Shown piece by piece: positions 33,374 to 43,900 of a stretch of 64,000 nucleotides of DNA. A program made the translations under genes and the position numbers. This DNA is from an uncultured Planctomycetaceae bacterium (GTDB lineage: Bacteria > Planctomycetota > Planctomycetia > Pirellulales > PALSA-1355), in NCBI GenBank assembly GCA_963785305.1, contig CAWAUV010000002.1, forward strand, positions 238,705-302,704, written 5' to 3'. The notes beneath the pieces were generated by a model, which was not told the DNA's origin, ran no database searches, and worked only from the letters and a program-made list of their open reading frames with translations. Each line of letters starts with the position of its first letter. The first letter of the stretch is position 1.

Positions 33374-33873
33374 ATGCCGGAATTCGAACACCTGCGTCAC
33401 AAGCCGCCCTCGGCGCTCGAGCGGCCGCGCGAACTGATCGTGGCCTGCGCGCCGCTAGGGAGCAATGTGAATCTTTCCCGAATCGTGCGCACCGCGAGTT
33501 GCTGCGGCTTGAGCAAGATCATTTGCTGCGGTTCGGCCAAGGTGATCGAAAAGATCGCCCGCGACGGCGCTTCCGCCATCGAAGTCGAGTCGCATCGCAC
33601 GCTTCCGCCGGTTCTCAAGCAACTCAAGGCCGAGGGCTACCAGTTGGTCGGACTCGAACAAACGACCAACGCCACATGCCTGCATGCTTTCGCTTTCGCT
33701 GCCGGACGGCGATCGTCGTGGGCAACGAACGCCAGGGACTCATGCCCGACGAGCTGCGCCTAGTCGACGCCGTGGTCGAGATTCCGGTTTGGGGCTTGCC
33801 CTATAGCTACAATGTGGCCTCGGCCACCGATATGGCGCTCTACGAATATTGCCGGCAATATCCGCGCGGCTGA
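33374..33873 (+). CDS. SpoU/TrmH family RNA methyltransferase (shift near 33695)
   Basis: NLSRIVRTA; LVGLEQT; IVVGNERQG; VEIPVWG..SYNVASA. Confidence 0.88.
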
Positions 33874-33879
33874 GCCACC

Positions 33880-33921
33880 GCGAACGGCGTTTTCCGGCGA
33901 ACGGCGTTTTCCGGCGAACGG
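33880..33921. repeat. 17-bp tandem repeat (GCGAACGGCGTTTTCCG x2.4) between convergent stop codons
   Basis: Copies at 33880-33896 and 33897-33913, partial copy at 33914-33921. Confidence 0.85.
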
Positions 33922-33922
33922 G

Positions 33923-35137
33923 TCATGGAGCGCCATCCTTGCCGTGGCCATGCGATCGCTCGCTGTTGCCTCGCGCCTTTGCCCGTTTGGGTTCGCCGAC
34001 CCGAGCCGCGGGCGGCTCCGGCGCCTCATCAGCGCTCGCGCTTGGCTCGACCGAAAAGGCCGGGTCCGCATGCGCGGGCTGAAGGAAAAACAGTCGTCGC
34101 AATTCTCGCTGGAGTTTGTCGGGAGGCAGGTTCAGCAGTTCCTCGCGTTTTTGCGGCGAGAGCCCGGTTTCGAAAAAATGCTGCAACTCCTCGACGGCGA
34201 TCGCCGACATCGGCCGCTCGAGCCGGGCTGCTTCCCAGCGATGGCGCACCGAGGCTTGCGACCAGCGTCGGAGCAGCTTGGCTTGCTGCGACACTCCGCC
34301 GGCCTCGCGCAGACTCGCTTGCGCCCCCGGTGAAAGTCGATCGATCATCGCACTGATCTCCGCGGCCGTCGGCGGCGGCAACGACGCGATCACCGCGCGG
34401 GAATTCGGATTCCGCGGGACCATCAGAAACAGAATCGCCTTCCGGCGCTTGGCCGCGTCCAATTGTTCGATCTGTTTCCGACGCTCGGCGGGAATCGCGG
34501 CCAACAGTTGTTCTTGATGCGCGTCGAGATAGCCGGTGTACCACTTGAGAACATGCGCCAAATCCGCGGCGCTGAGCGGTTCACCGGCCGCGGTTTCCGC
34601 GTGGATGCTCGCATATTGCTCGGCGCGGATCGCCTTGATTTTCGCCAGGCGCTCGTTTGGCGGAAGATCCAAGAGCTCGCTTCGCTGCGGCAAACTCAAA
34701 TTGCGCAGCCATTCGTGATAGCGGAGCATCACATAACGCAATTGCTCCGCGTCGGGCGCGATCTCCAGAGCACGCGACAACCGCCGCAATTTTTCCTGTT
34801 CGGCCGGCGACAGCTCCGCCAGCCGCTCGCGATTGTGCAACACATGCTCATAACGATCCGGACTCATGGAGAGCACTCGCTGACGGCGCGCCGTGAGATC
34901 CACGACGTGCGCGGGCGCTTGATCGGTCGCCGACACGGTCGTCGCGTCGCGCGCCGGCGCGACCTGCTCCTCGGAGGCCGTGGGCGATGGGCCCGCGGCG
35001 CCCAGGAAAAGCAACACCCCGGCCGCGACCACGAGCCCCGTTCCGCGCGCGAGCCGCCGCGAAGACTGCCCGGCGGCGCCGCGGCGCGGCTCGATTTCCA
35101 ACGAACCGTCCGCCCGATTCGCGATTTCAATTCGCAT
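33923..35137 (-). CDS. Membrane-anchored/periplasmic helical protein (DUF3106-like), third gene of the ECF cassette
   Basis: TM segment LVVAAGVLLFLGAA; recurring LSPxQREEL-type helical repeats; overlaps the anti-sigma 3' end. Confidence 0.6.
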   Translation of the reverse strand: MRIEIANRADGSLEIEPRRGAAGQSSRRLARGTGLVVAAGVLLFLGAAGPSPTASEEQVAPARDATTVSATDQAPAHVVDLTARRQRVLSMSPDRYEHVLHNRERLAELSPAEQEKLRRLSRALEIAPDAEQLRYVMLRYHEWLRNLSLPQRSELLDLPPNERLAKIKAIRAEQYASIHAETAAGEPLSAADLAHVLKWYTGYLDAHQEQLLAAIPAERRKQIEQLDAAKRRKAILFLMVPRNPNSRAVIASLPPPTAAEISAMIDRLSPGAQASLREAGGVSQQAKLLRRWSQASVRHRWEAARLERPMSAIAVEELQHFFETGLSPQKREELLNLPPDKLQRELRRLFFLQPAHADPAFSVEPSASADEAPEPPAARVGEPKRAKARGNSERSHGHGKDGAP

Positions 35138-35645
35138 GATCGTTCTCCTCGGCGAACACGCCATCGTGGTCGAGCGATCGCAAGAATTCGATCGAGTCGC
35201 CATGCCGATAGGCGTCGAAATGCTCGAGGAGCGGAAGTTCGCGCAACAGTTCCTGATTCGGGTCGGGCCAAAGGCGCCGCCCGAGTCCGACGCCGAATAG
35301 AAACGCCGCCGCCACCAGCAGCGTCCCGGCCACTCGCCGCCGAAACCGTTTCTTCGGCGCGACGACTTTGGCGCGTTCCACATCCGCGCTGGCCGCCGTG
35401 GCGACCATGGCCATCGTCGAGCGAGTGAAACTTTCATCCACGCGGGCCGCCGGAAGCGAATCCAGCAGCCGCCAAGTTCGCTCGAGCCGGTGCAACTCCT
35501 CGCGGTAGGCGCCATCGGTCGCAAGTCGCGATTCGACACGGCGCCGTGCGCCGGGCTCGAGTTCGCCATCGAGATAGGCGGTCAACTCCTCGGTGAGCGA
35601 TGCCTCGGCGCCCGGGGCGCCGTCGGGCGTTTCGTTCTCGGGCAT
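35127..35645 (-). CDS. Transmembrane anti-sigma factor
   Basis: LTAYLDGEL...VESRL; one TM helix; directly downstream of the ECF sigma. Confidence 0.85.
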   Translation of the reverse strand: MPENETPDGAPGAEASLTEELTAYLDGELEPGARRRVESRLATDGAYREELHRLERTWRLLDSLPAARVDESFTRSTMAMVATAASADVERAKVVAPKKRFRRRVAGTLLVAAAFLFGVGLGRRLWPDPNQELLRELPLLEHFDAYRHGDSIEFLRSLDHDGVFAEENDHAN

Positions 35646-35648
35646 GAT

Positions 35649-36409
35649 TCAATCCTCATCGGCGTCGGGCGATGGTTTCGAGTCGGCGCCGGCCGCGCCA
35701 CCCGCCGTTCCGTTCGATAGCCGATCCTGGTCGGGTTGTTCCGGGCTGAATTGTTCGGGGTTGGGAGAACGCAAATCGCTCGGCCGTGCGCCCCGTTCCA
35801 AATAGGGTTCGAGCGCTTTGCGCAGATTGATGCGAGCCCGCGACACCAGCGACTTGACCGCTTGGGGCGACATCCCCATCGTTTCACCGATGTCGGCGTA
35901 GCTCATTTCCTCGAACTTGGCGAGCAACACCGCCATGCGTTGGCGCTCGCCAAGACCGGCCAGCGCCGTTTGCACCACCGCGCAAAGCTCGGTTCTATCG
36001 AGCCGCCGGGTCGGCATCAACCCGCTGGCGGCTTGGGCGAGCCGATCGAGCGGATTCGGACCGAGCGGCCCGCTCTCGCGCGAGTTCAAATGCACTTCCG
36101 GCCGCCGCGACCGCGAGCGCAGCGCGTTGACCGCCACATGGTTCGCGATCGTGAAGAGCCAGGTCGAAAACTTGGCGCCCACGATATATCGCTTGCGGGC
36201 TCGATAGACTCGCAAAAATACTTCTTGCGCAAGTCCTCGGCCTGATGCCGATTGCCGACCAAGTGTTCGAGCACCGTGACCACTCGGTGCTGATAGCGAA
36301 GCATCAATTCATCGAACGCCGCGGCGTCGTCGTCGCGCACGCGCAGCATGAGCCGCACATCCGGATCTTGGAGCTCGTAGCGATGGGCAGCCGATTCGCT
36401 GATGGACAC
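35649..36409 (-). CDS. ECF RNA polymerase sigma factor (shift near 36228)
   Basis: AAFDELM..AEDLAQEVFLRVYR; FSTWLFTIA; QRMAVLL..EMSYADIG..VKSLVSRAR. Confidence 0.92.
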
Positions 36410-36546
36410 GTCGCAAGCCCTCGTGCTGGGGTCGATGGCGTCGCTCTCTTAGTTGTATTTCGCCCGAGAGCCGGAGGGAAGACGCGAACGCCGGAATCGA
36501 GGTTTTGACCGCTCCACTTGCCCTTTAAAGCCTATCCGACAACTTT

Positions 36547-36581
36547 CCCCCTCTCTCTTTGGGAGAGGGTAGGCCGAGGGC
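36547..36581. repeat. REP-like palindrome
   Basis: CCCTCTCTC-TTT-GGGAGAGGG hairpin followed by TAGGCCGAGGG, resembling the widespread CCCTCTCCC..GGGAGAGGG..GAGGG intergenic element. Confidence 0.6.
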
Positions 36582-36692
36582 TCGCCGAAGTTCTCGGATG
36601 GGCTGTCATAAGAGCGTGCCGAAGGCGCCGATGCCACACGCGCCGCAATGGGGGCCACGGAGCGCACGAGGGCAGGTTTACCCGCAATCCCG

Positions 36693-36733
36693 TCAGCCCG
36701 CCGCGCGCACTCAGCCCGCCGCGCTCACTCAGC
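36693..36733. repeat. 18-bp tandem repeat at the rlmN stop codon
   Basis: TCAGCCCGCCGCGCGCAC / TCAGCCCGCCGCGCTCAC / TCAGC. Confidence 0.75.
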
Positions 36734-37772
36734 GCGGCGACAATTCAACGAGACGCGGCTGCGAACGGCGCAACTGGCCGCAAGCGGCGTCGATCGCGTC
36801 GCCCTTGCGCTCGCGAATCTCGACCGTGAGGCCGGCCTCGCGCAAAATTCGCGTAAACCGCTCGCGAGACCGGGCCGTGGGCGATTTATAAGGCAAGCCC
36901 GACACGCTATTGTACGGAATCACATTCACGAGCGCCGTGCGACCACGAAGCCGCGCCGCAAGCCGCTCGGCGTGCTCGGGCCGGTCGTTCAATTCGCCCA
37001 GCAACACATATTCGAACGTCAGCCGGCGGCCCGATGCTTCGAAATAGCGGTCGGCGGCGGCTAGGATCGCGTCGAGCCCGGTCTTGGCATTGACCGGCAC
37101 CAGTTCGTTGCGGAGCGCATCGTCGGGAGCATGCAGCGACACCGCCAGATGATATCGTGCCTTGGCCTCGGTCAAACGATCCATCGCCGGCGGCAAGCCC
37201 ACGGTCGAAATCGTGATGCGACGAGCGCTGATGCCGAGCCCGGTTGGGCTCGTCGCGTCGCCCAAGGCCGACAGCAGCCGATCCAGGTTGGCCAGCGGCT
37301 CGCCCATGCCCATCACCACGATATGGCTCAGCCGCTCGCCGGCGGGCAAGAGCCGATCAAGTCGCAGGGTCTGCTCGAGGATTTCGCCCCGCGTCAGGTT
37401 CCGCGCCACGCCTTCGAGCCCACTGGCGCAAAACACGCAGCCCATGGCGCAGCCCACCTGGGTGCTGATGCAAATCGTGCGGCGAGCGCCGTTGCGCAAG
37501 AGGACGCACTCGATCCGTTCGCCATCGGCCAACCGCAAAAGCAGCTTCTCGGTTCCATCGGCCGATCGCGAGTGATGCGCCACTTGGGTCGAGAAGAAAG
37601 TAAAGTCCTCGGCGAGCTGCGATCGCAAGCTCTTGGGCAAATCGCTCATCGCCTCGAACGACTCCGCCCGTCCGGCGAATAGCCAGTGGCGAATCTGCGC
37701 GGCGCGATAGGCCGGCGCCCCGCGGTCGGCGAGCCAAGCCGACCAATCGTTGAATTCGAGCACATGCGTCAT
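36729..37772 (-). CDS. rlmN: Dual-specificity rRNA/tRNA m2A methyltransferase RlmN
   Basis: CISTQVGCAMGCVFCASG; MGMGEP; ITISTVG; SLHAP; FEYVLL; AACGQL. Confidence 0.96.
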   Translation of the reverse strand: MTHVLEFNDWSAWLADRGAPAYRAAQIRHWLFAGRAESFEAMSDLPKSLRSQLAEDFTFFSTQVAHHSRSADGTEKLLLRLADGERIECVLLRNGARRTICISTQVGCAMGCVFCASGLEGVARNLTRGEILEQTLRLDRLLPAGERLSHIVVMGMGEPLANLDRLLSALGDATSPTGLGISARRITISTVGLPPAMDRLTEAKARYHLAVSLHAPDDALRNELVPVNAKTGLDAILAAADRYFEASGRRLTFEYVLLGELNDRPEHAERLAARLRGRTALVNVIPYNSVSGLPYKSPTARSRERFTRILREAGLTVEIRERKGDAIDAACGQLRRSQPRLVELSPR

Positions 37773-37981
37773 CCGCGTCACCGATCCCCCCACGTCCCGG
37801 CTCGCCACCGTGGCGCCGATTGTCGGGGCCGCCGAGCAGCCGGCGCTCGAACCATCCATTGTGCCCTCGGGCAATCGAATCGCCAAGAGCCGCCGGCGCG
37901 AGAGACGCGGGAAAAGAGCCCGATCGGCCGACAGACGGACGAAATGGCGATTTTTTAGACCACGCGGATTTTTGGTCTCTA

Positions 37982-40900
37982 TCAGGCGCTCGGGACAACT
38001 TCCCGGCGTGTTCGCCGGCGAACCATGATCGCCACCAGCACTCCCACCGCGGCCAAGAGGCCGAGCACAATCGAACTCGGCTCGGGCACCACCGTCAACA
38101 CGACATCCGACTGATTGATCGGACCGGCGCCGTAAGTAAGCGAGTAGGTGTACGAGGTGCCGGTGATCGGACCGGTCGAACTCAAGAACGAGCCATTGGT
38201 CGTGTTTGGATCGATCAGCAGATAGTTCTGTCCGATGGCCACGGTGCCATCGCCCGCGACACTCAGCGTAGCGCCCGCTCCGGAACCGCCGACGCCATCG
38301 AGATTCACCACGCCCACGAGCGCCTTGAAGTAGGCATAGCCGGTCGAGGGCAGGCCATTGGCCAGCAGTGTCATGCTACCCATGGCGCTGGTGAGATTCA
38401 CATCCATCGTCGAGCCCGGATTCAGGGTAAGCGCGGTGCTTGAACCGGTGGCCTTCACATCCGTGAGAGTGCTGTTACTGGGCGACACGAGCCCTCCGTT
38501 GACCGCGGGATTGTACCCCGGCATGAAGATGCCGCCGGCGGCGACCGTGATACCGCTGGTCGAGCTGGCGAAAGTGATTGTGCCGGAGCCTCCGAGCGTG
38601 GCGCCCGAATTGACTTGGTAGTTGCCCGCGCCCAGGCCGGTGGCGCCATGCGTGCCATCGATAAAGAGGGTTCCGGCGCTGACGGTGGTCGTGCCGTTGT
38701 AGGTGTTGGCGCCCGAGAGCGTGGTCGTGCCCGCGCCGGTCTGGGTCAAATTGCCTAGTCCTTGAATCGCCGCGGCGACCGTAAGGCTGACATTATTGTT
38801 AAAGTTAAGCACCGAGTTGGCGGCGACCAGATTCACGGCGCCCGAACCCAAAGTGCCCGCGCCGCTGACCGACAGCGTGCTGCCGGTATTGACATTGAAT
38901 TGGCCGCTATAGCCACTGTTGCCGCCCGTGAGCACCAGCGTGCCGGGGCCGGCTGAAGTGAGCGCGTTGGATCCGCTCAAGGCGCCGCCCAGGGTAAGCG
39001 AGCCGGCGTTGATCGTGACCGTCGCCGCCGCGGCGACATTCACCGCGCCGGTTCCCAGGTTCAAGGAGTTCGTGCCGACAAACGTGAAGGCGCCATTGAG
39101 GGTGACCGGCACATTGTTGGCGATGGTCGAGAACGCCGACGCGCCGCTGGCGGTGTTGTCGAGCGACACGGAATTCGAGTTGCTGCCCACGGCGAAGGCG
39201 CCGGTTCCCAAGGCGGCGCTATTGCCCAGGTCGAGCGTGCCGTTGGAGAGCGTCAGGCCACCGGAGAAGGTGTTGGCGCCCGAAAGGGTGACGGTGGCGC
39301 TGGGCGCCGCAATCAGCACGGACGTCGTTTGCGTGCCGGCGCCGAGCACATCTTGGATCGTGCCACCGAACGAGCTCGCTCCGCTCACGGTGATCGTTCC
39401 ACCAGCCGACGTGCTGCTATTGCCGATCACGCCAGAGCCGGTGAGCGAGCCCACCGTCACGGCGTTGCCGTTGAGATCGAGCGTGCCAGGCCCGGCGATC
39501 GACAGCGCGTTCGACGCGGCGCCGAGCGGGGTGGTCGAGCCGCCAAGTTGAAGCGTGCCAGCCGTGATCGCGTTCGGGCCGGTGTAGGCGTTGGCGCCCG
39601 AGAGCACCAACATCGACGTGGCGCTATTCTCGGTCACGCCCGTCACGCTCGAGCCGATGACGGCGCTGATCGTGCTCACGCCGGTTCCCGTGCCGCTGTT
39701 GGTGAGCGAGCCGATATTATTGAGACTTGCGGTCGAGATTGTGATACCGCCGGTCGAGTTGTCGGCCAACGTGAGGCTGCCCGTGTTCGTGACTCCGCCG
39801 GAAATGGTCAACAGGTTGACCCCCGCGCTCTTCCATGTTTGGCTGCCGCCCAGTTGGATCGGAGCGCTCACGAAATCGGCGCCGGCGCCGGCCAGCACCT
39901 GGATGCCAATACCCGCCGCCGGACCGCCGCCGCCGCTATTCACTCCGGCGGCGGTAATTGTGAGACTGTTCGACGAGCCCGCGATGGTCACGCTTCCGGG
40001 GCTGGCGTTCGCCGAGCCGGTTCCGGTGAAGGTAAGGCTGTTGATCGTGAAATTGGCGCCCAACGTTTGGTTGAGATTCGTCGCCGAGGCGGCGGTTTCA
40101 TAAACATCCGTCACCGTGCCGGGCACAGCCTGGGTGTCGGTTCCCATCGGAGCGTTGAGCCAGTTGGTGGTATTGCTGGTGAGCGTGTTCCAGAATCCAT
40201 CGCCGCGGGCGCCGCCCCAGTAAGCAGCCGTCGGAGTCGGCACGGCGTTGACCACCACGAGGTCTTCTTCCTTGCCGTTGGCATTAGCCTGCAGGGTGTA
40301 GGTTGCCGTGCCGACGGTTTCGGTGTTCGTCGAGGTCGACTGGAACTGGAATGCGCCACCGCCAGAGACGCTCGCATAGGTAATAAGCGGATAGGTGCCC
40401 GAGGCGAGCGTGGCGCCGGTGACGTTTACATTGATCGCGCCGCTGTCGCTCAATTTGCCTTGGTCGACCACGGTGTCGACGGTGGTGTTCGTGGGCGAGT
40501 TGAAGTTGAGCACTCCGGCGCCGAGGGTGAGGCCGGTGTTGGCGGCGCCGGAATTGATGTTCAGCGTGGTGAAATGTCCCGGATCGACAAAGCTGAATGT
40601 CGCGCCCGAGGCGATGCTCACGCTGCCCGCGGCGCCGGAGCCGATCGTGTAGCTGCTCGTGCCAATGGGCGCCCCGCCGATGGCGAGCGTGGCGCCGCTG
40701 GCCACGGAGATCGCCGTGCCCGACATCGATCCGCCGGCGCCCAGGGTAAGCGTGCCGGCGCTCACGGTGGTGGCGCCCGTGTAGGTGTTGTTTCCGCTGA
40801 GTGTTTGATTCAGGTTCGACGCGTTCATGGTCAGAGCCAAGTCGGCGGTCGTGGCCGAAGCGATCACGCCACTAAATGTGGCGGCGGTGACCGTGCCGGG

Positions 40901-43900
40901 GTTGATCGTCAGCACTTTCGCGCTGGCGGCCGAATTGGTCAAAATGCCGCTGCCCGAGAGTGAGCCGATGCCAAGCGAGTTGCCGTTGAGATTCAACTCC
41001 GCCGTTGAGCCGATCGAGATCGCGGCCGTGTTGTTTCCCGCCCCGCCCAAGGCGCTGGCGCCACCCATCGTCAAGAGACCCGCCGAGACATTGACCGGGC
41101 CCGTGAAGGTATTGGTTCCGCTGAGCGTGAGGGCGCCGGCGCCGGCCTTTGTGAAGCCGAGCGTGCCCGACGAATCGGAAATCGTGCCCGAGATCGTGTC
41201 GGTGAGATTCGCCGCGGTCACGGAAATCGTCGGGCCCACGCCATTGAGGTTCATGTTGCCCGAGAGCGTGATGGCGTTGGTCACTGTTCCGGCGGTGCCG
41301 CCTAGGGTCAGGCTGCCGCCGGTTTGGAAGGTGATCGGAGTGGCGACTACCGGTGTGGCGGCCGAGCCAAGGAGAGTGCCCGGGCCGCTGATCGCGAGCG
41401 AGCTGCCGCTGGCGCCGAGCGAGGTGGCATTGCCCAAAATCAGCGAGCCGCCCGCCAAGTTCCACGACAACACCGCCGCCTGGGCATTGGGCAGCGCGAG
41501 CGAGCCGGCGCCAGCCTTGGTGATGGCGCCGCTGGATGTGATTTGCGAGGTGATTTCGAGATCGTTCGTCGAGAGGCCCGAGGTGGTGATCGTGGCGCCG
41601 GTTCCGCTCGCGAGGTTAAGGGTTGTGCCGGAGATCGTCGGCACGACTCCCAGGTAATCGTTGTTCGAGGTGATCGGCGTGGCGGAGGTCAAATCGAGCA
41701 ATGTGCCGACGGCCGCGGCTGGCTGGCCGCCGGTGGTGCCATCGAGCGCCCAAGTCAAACTGTTGAGCGTGTTCGTGCCAATGAGCGTCAGTCCGCCGCC
41801 CGACTGGAAGGTGACATTGCTCGTCGCCGCGATCTGACCTTGGTTCAAGTTTTCGTTGACGCCCGAATTGCCGATCACGAGGTTGCCGGGAATCACGATC
41901 GAGCCGGGTAGGCCGCTCAGATTCATCGTGCCGGTGGAAGTGGCGCCGCCGTTGTCGTAGGTCGTGCCGCTATACGTGTTCGACATCGCGTTGAACACAA
42001 GCGTCGCGGTCGACGCCGTTGCCGTGGCGGGCTGCGAAAGCGTGAACGTGTCCGTCGTGCCGAGGCTGACGCCGGTGATCGTGGTTCCGCCGGCGATGTT
42101 CGTCGAGCTGCCGATCGTCATGCCCACGGTGGGCGTGAAACCCGCGGGCAAGGCAGTCGCGAGAATCGAGATCGAGTTGTTGCCGGCCGTGGTCGAGCCG
42201 GTGGCCGTGCTTTGGGCTGGAGCGAAGGTGATTTGATTCGTGGCCGCCGTGGCGCCAGTATTCGCGGACAAGGTCACGTTCGTGCCGCTGATCGAGGTGA
42301 TGGTCGAGCCGGCGGTGATATTCGTGCCCGAGACCCCCATGCCGACATACAAACCCGTGGCGCTGCCGACCGGAAGAATATTCGATGTAGCGGGCACGGC
42401 GACCGTTTCAACGACTTCGGGCGTGAGCGTGAGCGTGCCCGCGCCGGAGCGGGCCAGACTGACCGAGGCGCCATTGGGATTGTCGACGATCTGGCTATTC
42501 AACGTTTGCGCGTTGATATTTGTAAAATAATAGAGTGTCGCCGAGCCGGAGCTTTGGCTGCCACCAGCGGTGAGCTGCCCGCCCTGAATCGTCACGCCCT
42601 TCGTGGCGGAATCGTTCACCAAGAGGCCGCCGGTTCCGATATTGAGCACCTGGGACTGGTCGTTGAGCCCGATCACGGTGGCGGCGCCGGGCGAACGCAC
42701 GGCGAACGAATTCACCGTTTCGCTCTTGATCGCGGTGGTCGTCGCGGTGGCCTGATAGTTTACGGTTGCGCTAGCGCCGGTGGCTGGCAGAGTCGTGTAG
42801 CTCGACACGGCCACGACGCCTTGCGTGGCCGAGTAGCTGGCGAAGTCGACGCCATTGACGATGGCCCAGCCGCCGATGATGCCATTGTTCGCGGCTGCCA
42901 AGGTGGTCGTGGGCGTGCCATTGACCGCCGTGATATACATCTGCGGATTGCCGGCGGTTCCGCCGAAGGTCTGGTTGGCGCCGGGAACGAAATTCACTTC
43001 CGCGCCATTGGCCTGATTCAGGCTTGCCGCATAGAGCGTGAAGGAGCCGTTTTGGACCGTGTTTGCATACTGCGAGAGCTGGATCGTATTGGTTCCGCCA
43101 TTGAGCGACACGGCGCCAATGCTTTCGCTCTCCACCGCCATCGCCGCGGCGATCAAGAGCGTGCCGCCATTGAAGTTGACCGGCGCGATCGCCGGAATGC
43201 GGCTGGTGTTGTCGGCCAAGCCGGTGTTGTCGAGCGTGAGCTGGGCGTAGTTGAGGTTGATCGAGCTCGTGTTGGTTAGCGAGCCCAGATCACGCAGGGC
43301 GAGCGTGCCATTGTCCACATAGGTGGCGCCGGTGTAGCTCGAGGGGCTGGTGAGAATCGTGGTCTGAACAGCGGTCGTGCCTTCCTTGTAGAACGACAGA
43401 TTGCCGGAAATCACGCCGCCATAGTTGCCGCTGACGCCGGACACGATGAAGTTGGCTGGAGTGAGGCTCGAATTGGTGACGACCGCGCCCGGGCTCGCGG
43501 CCGTGCCGCCAGCGTAGGGCGTCGTGTTCTGGCTCGAGAACACACCGACCATTTGGCTATTGCCGTTGAGGTCGAGCGTGCCGCCATTGACTTGCAGGCT
43601 CATGAGCGTGGGAATGGTCGCCGTGGGCTGCGCCGAGATCGTGTTCGCGCCGCCGGCGAGTTGCAATGTGCCGCCATTGATCGCCACGGTCTGGGCGCCG
43701 TTGAGACTGTAGAAGGGCTGCTGCAAGATCGCTTCGCCGGCGCCGGCCTTGACAAAGCTGCTGCTGAGATTGAGCACCGAGTTGATCGTAAGCGTGCTCG
43801 TGGCGCTGGGAACTTGGATATCGTAGGTATCGCCATTGGCGAGTTCGCCAATCGAAATGCTGTTCGTGGCGCCCAGGGCCAGAATGCCGCCCTGCGATAG

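Noticed and set aside
33880..33921. Possible CRISPR or iteron array
   Set aside because: Only 2.4 contiguous 17-bp copies, with no spacers and no cas or rep genes.
36693..36733. 18-bp repeats as an integration (att) scar at the rlmN 3' end
   Set aside because: No integrase or foreign cargo nearby; more likely local slippage duplication.
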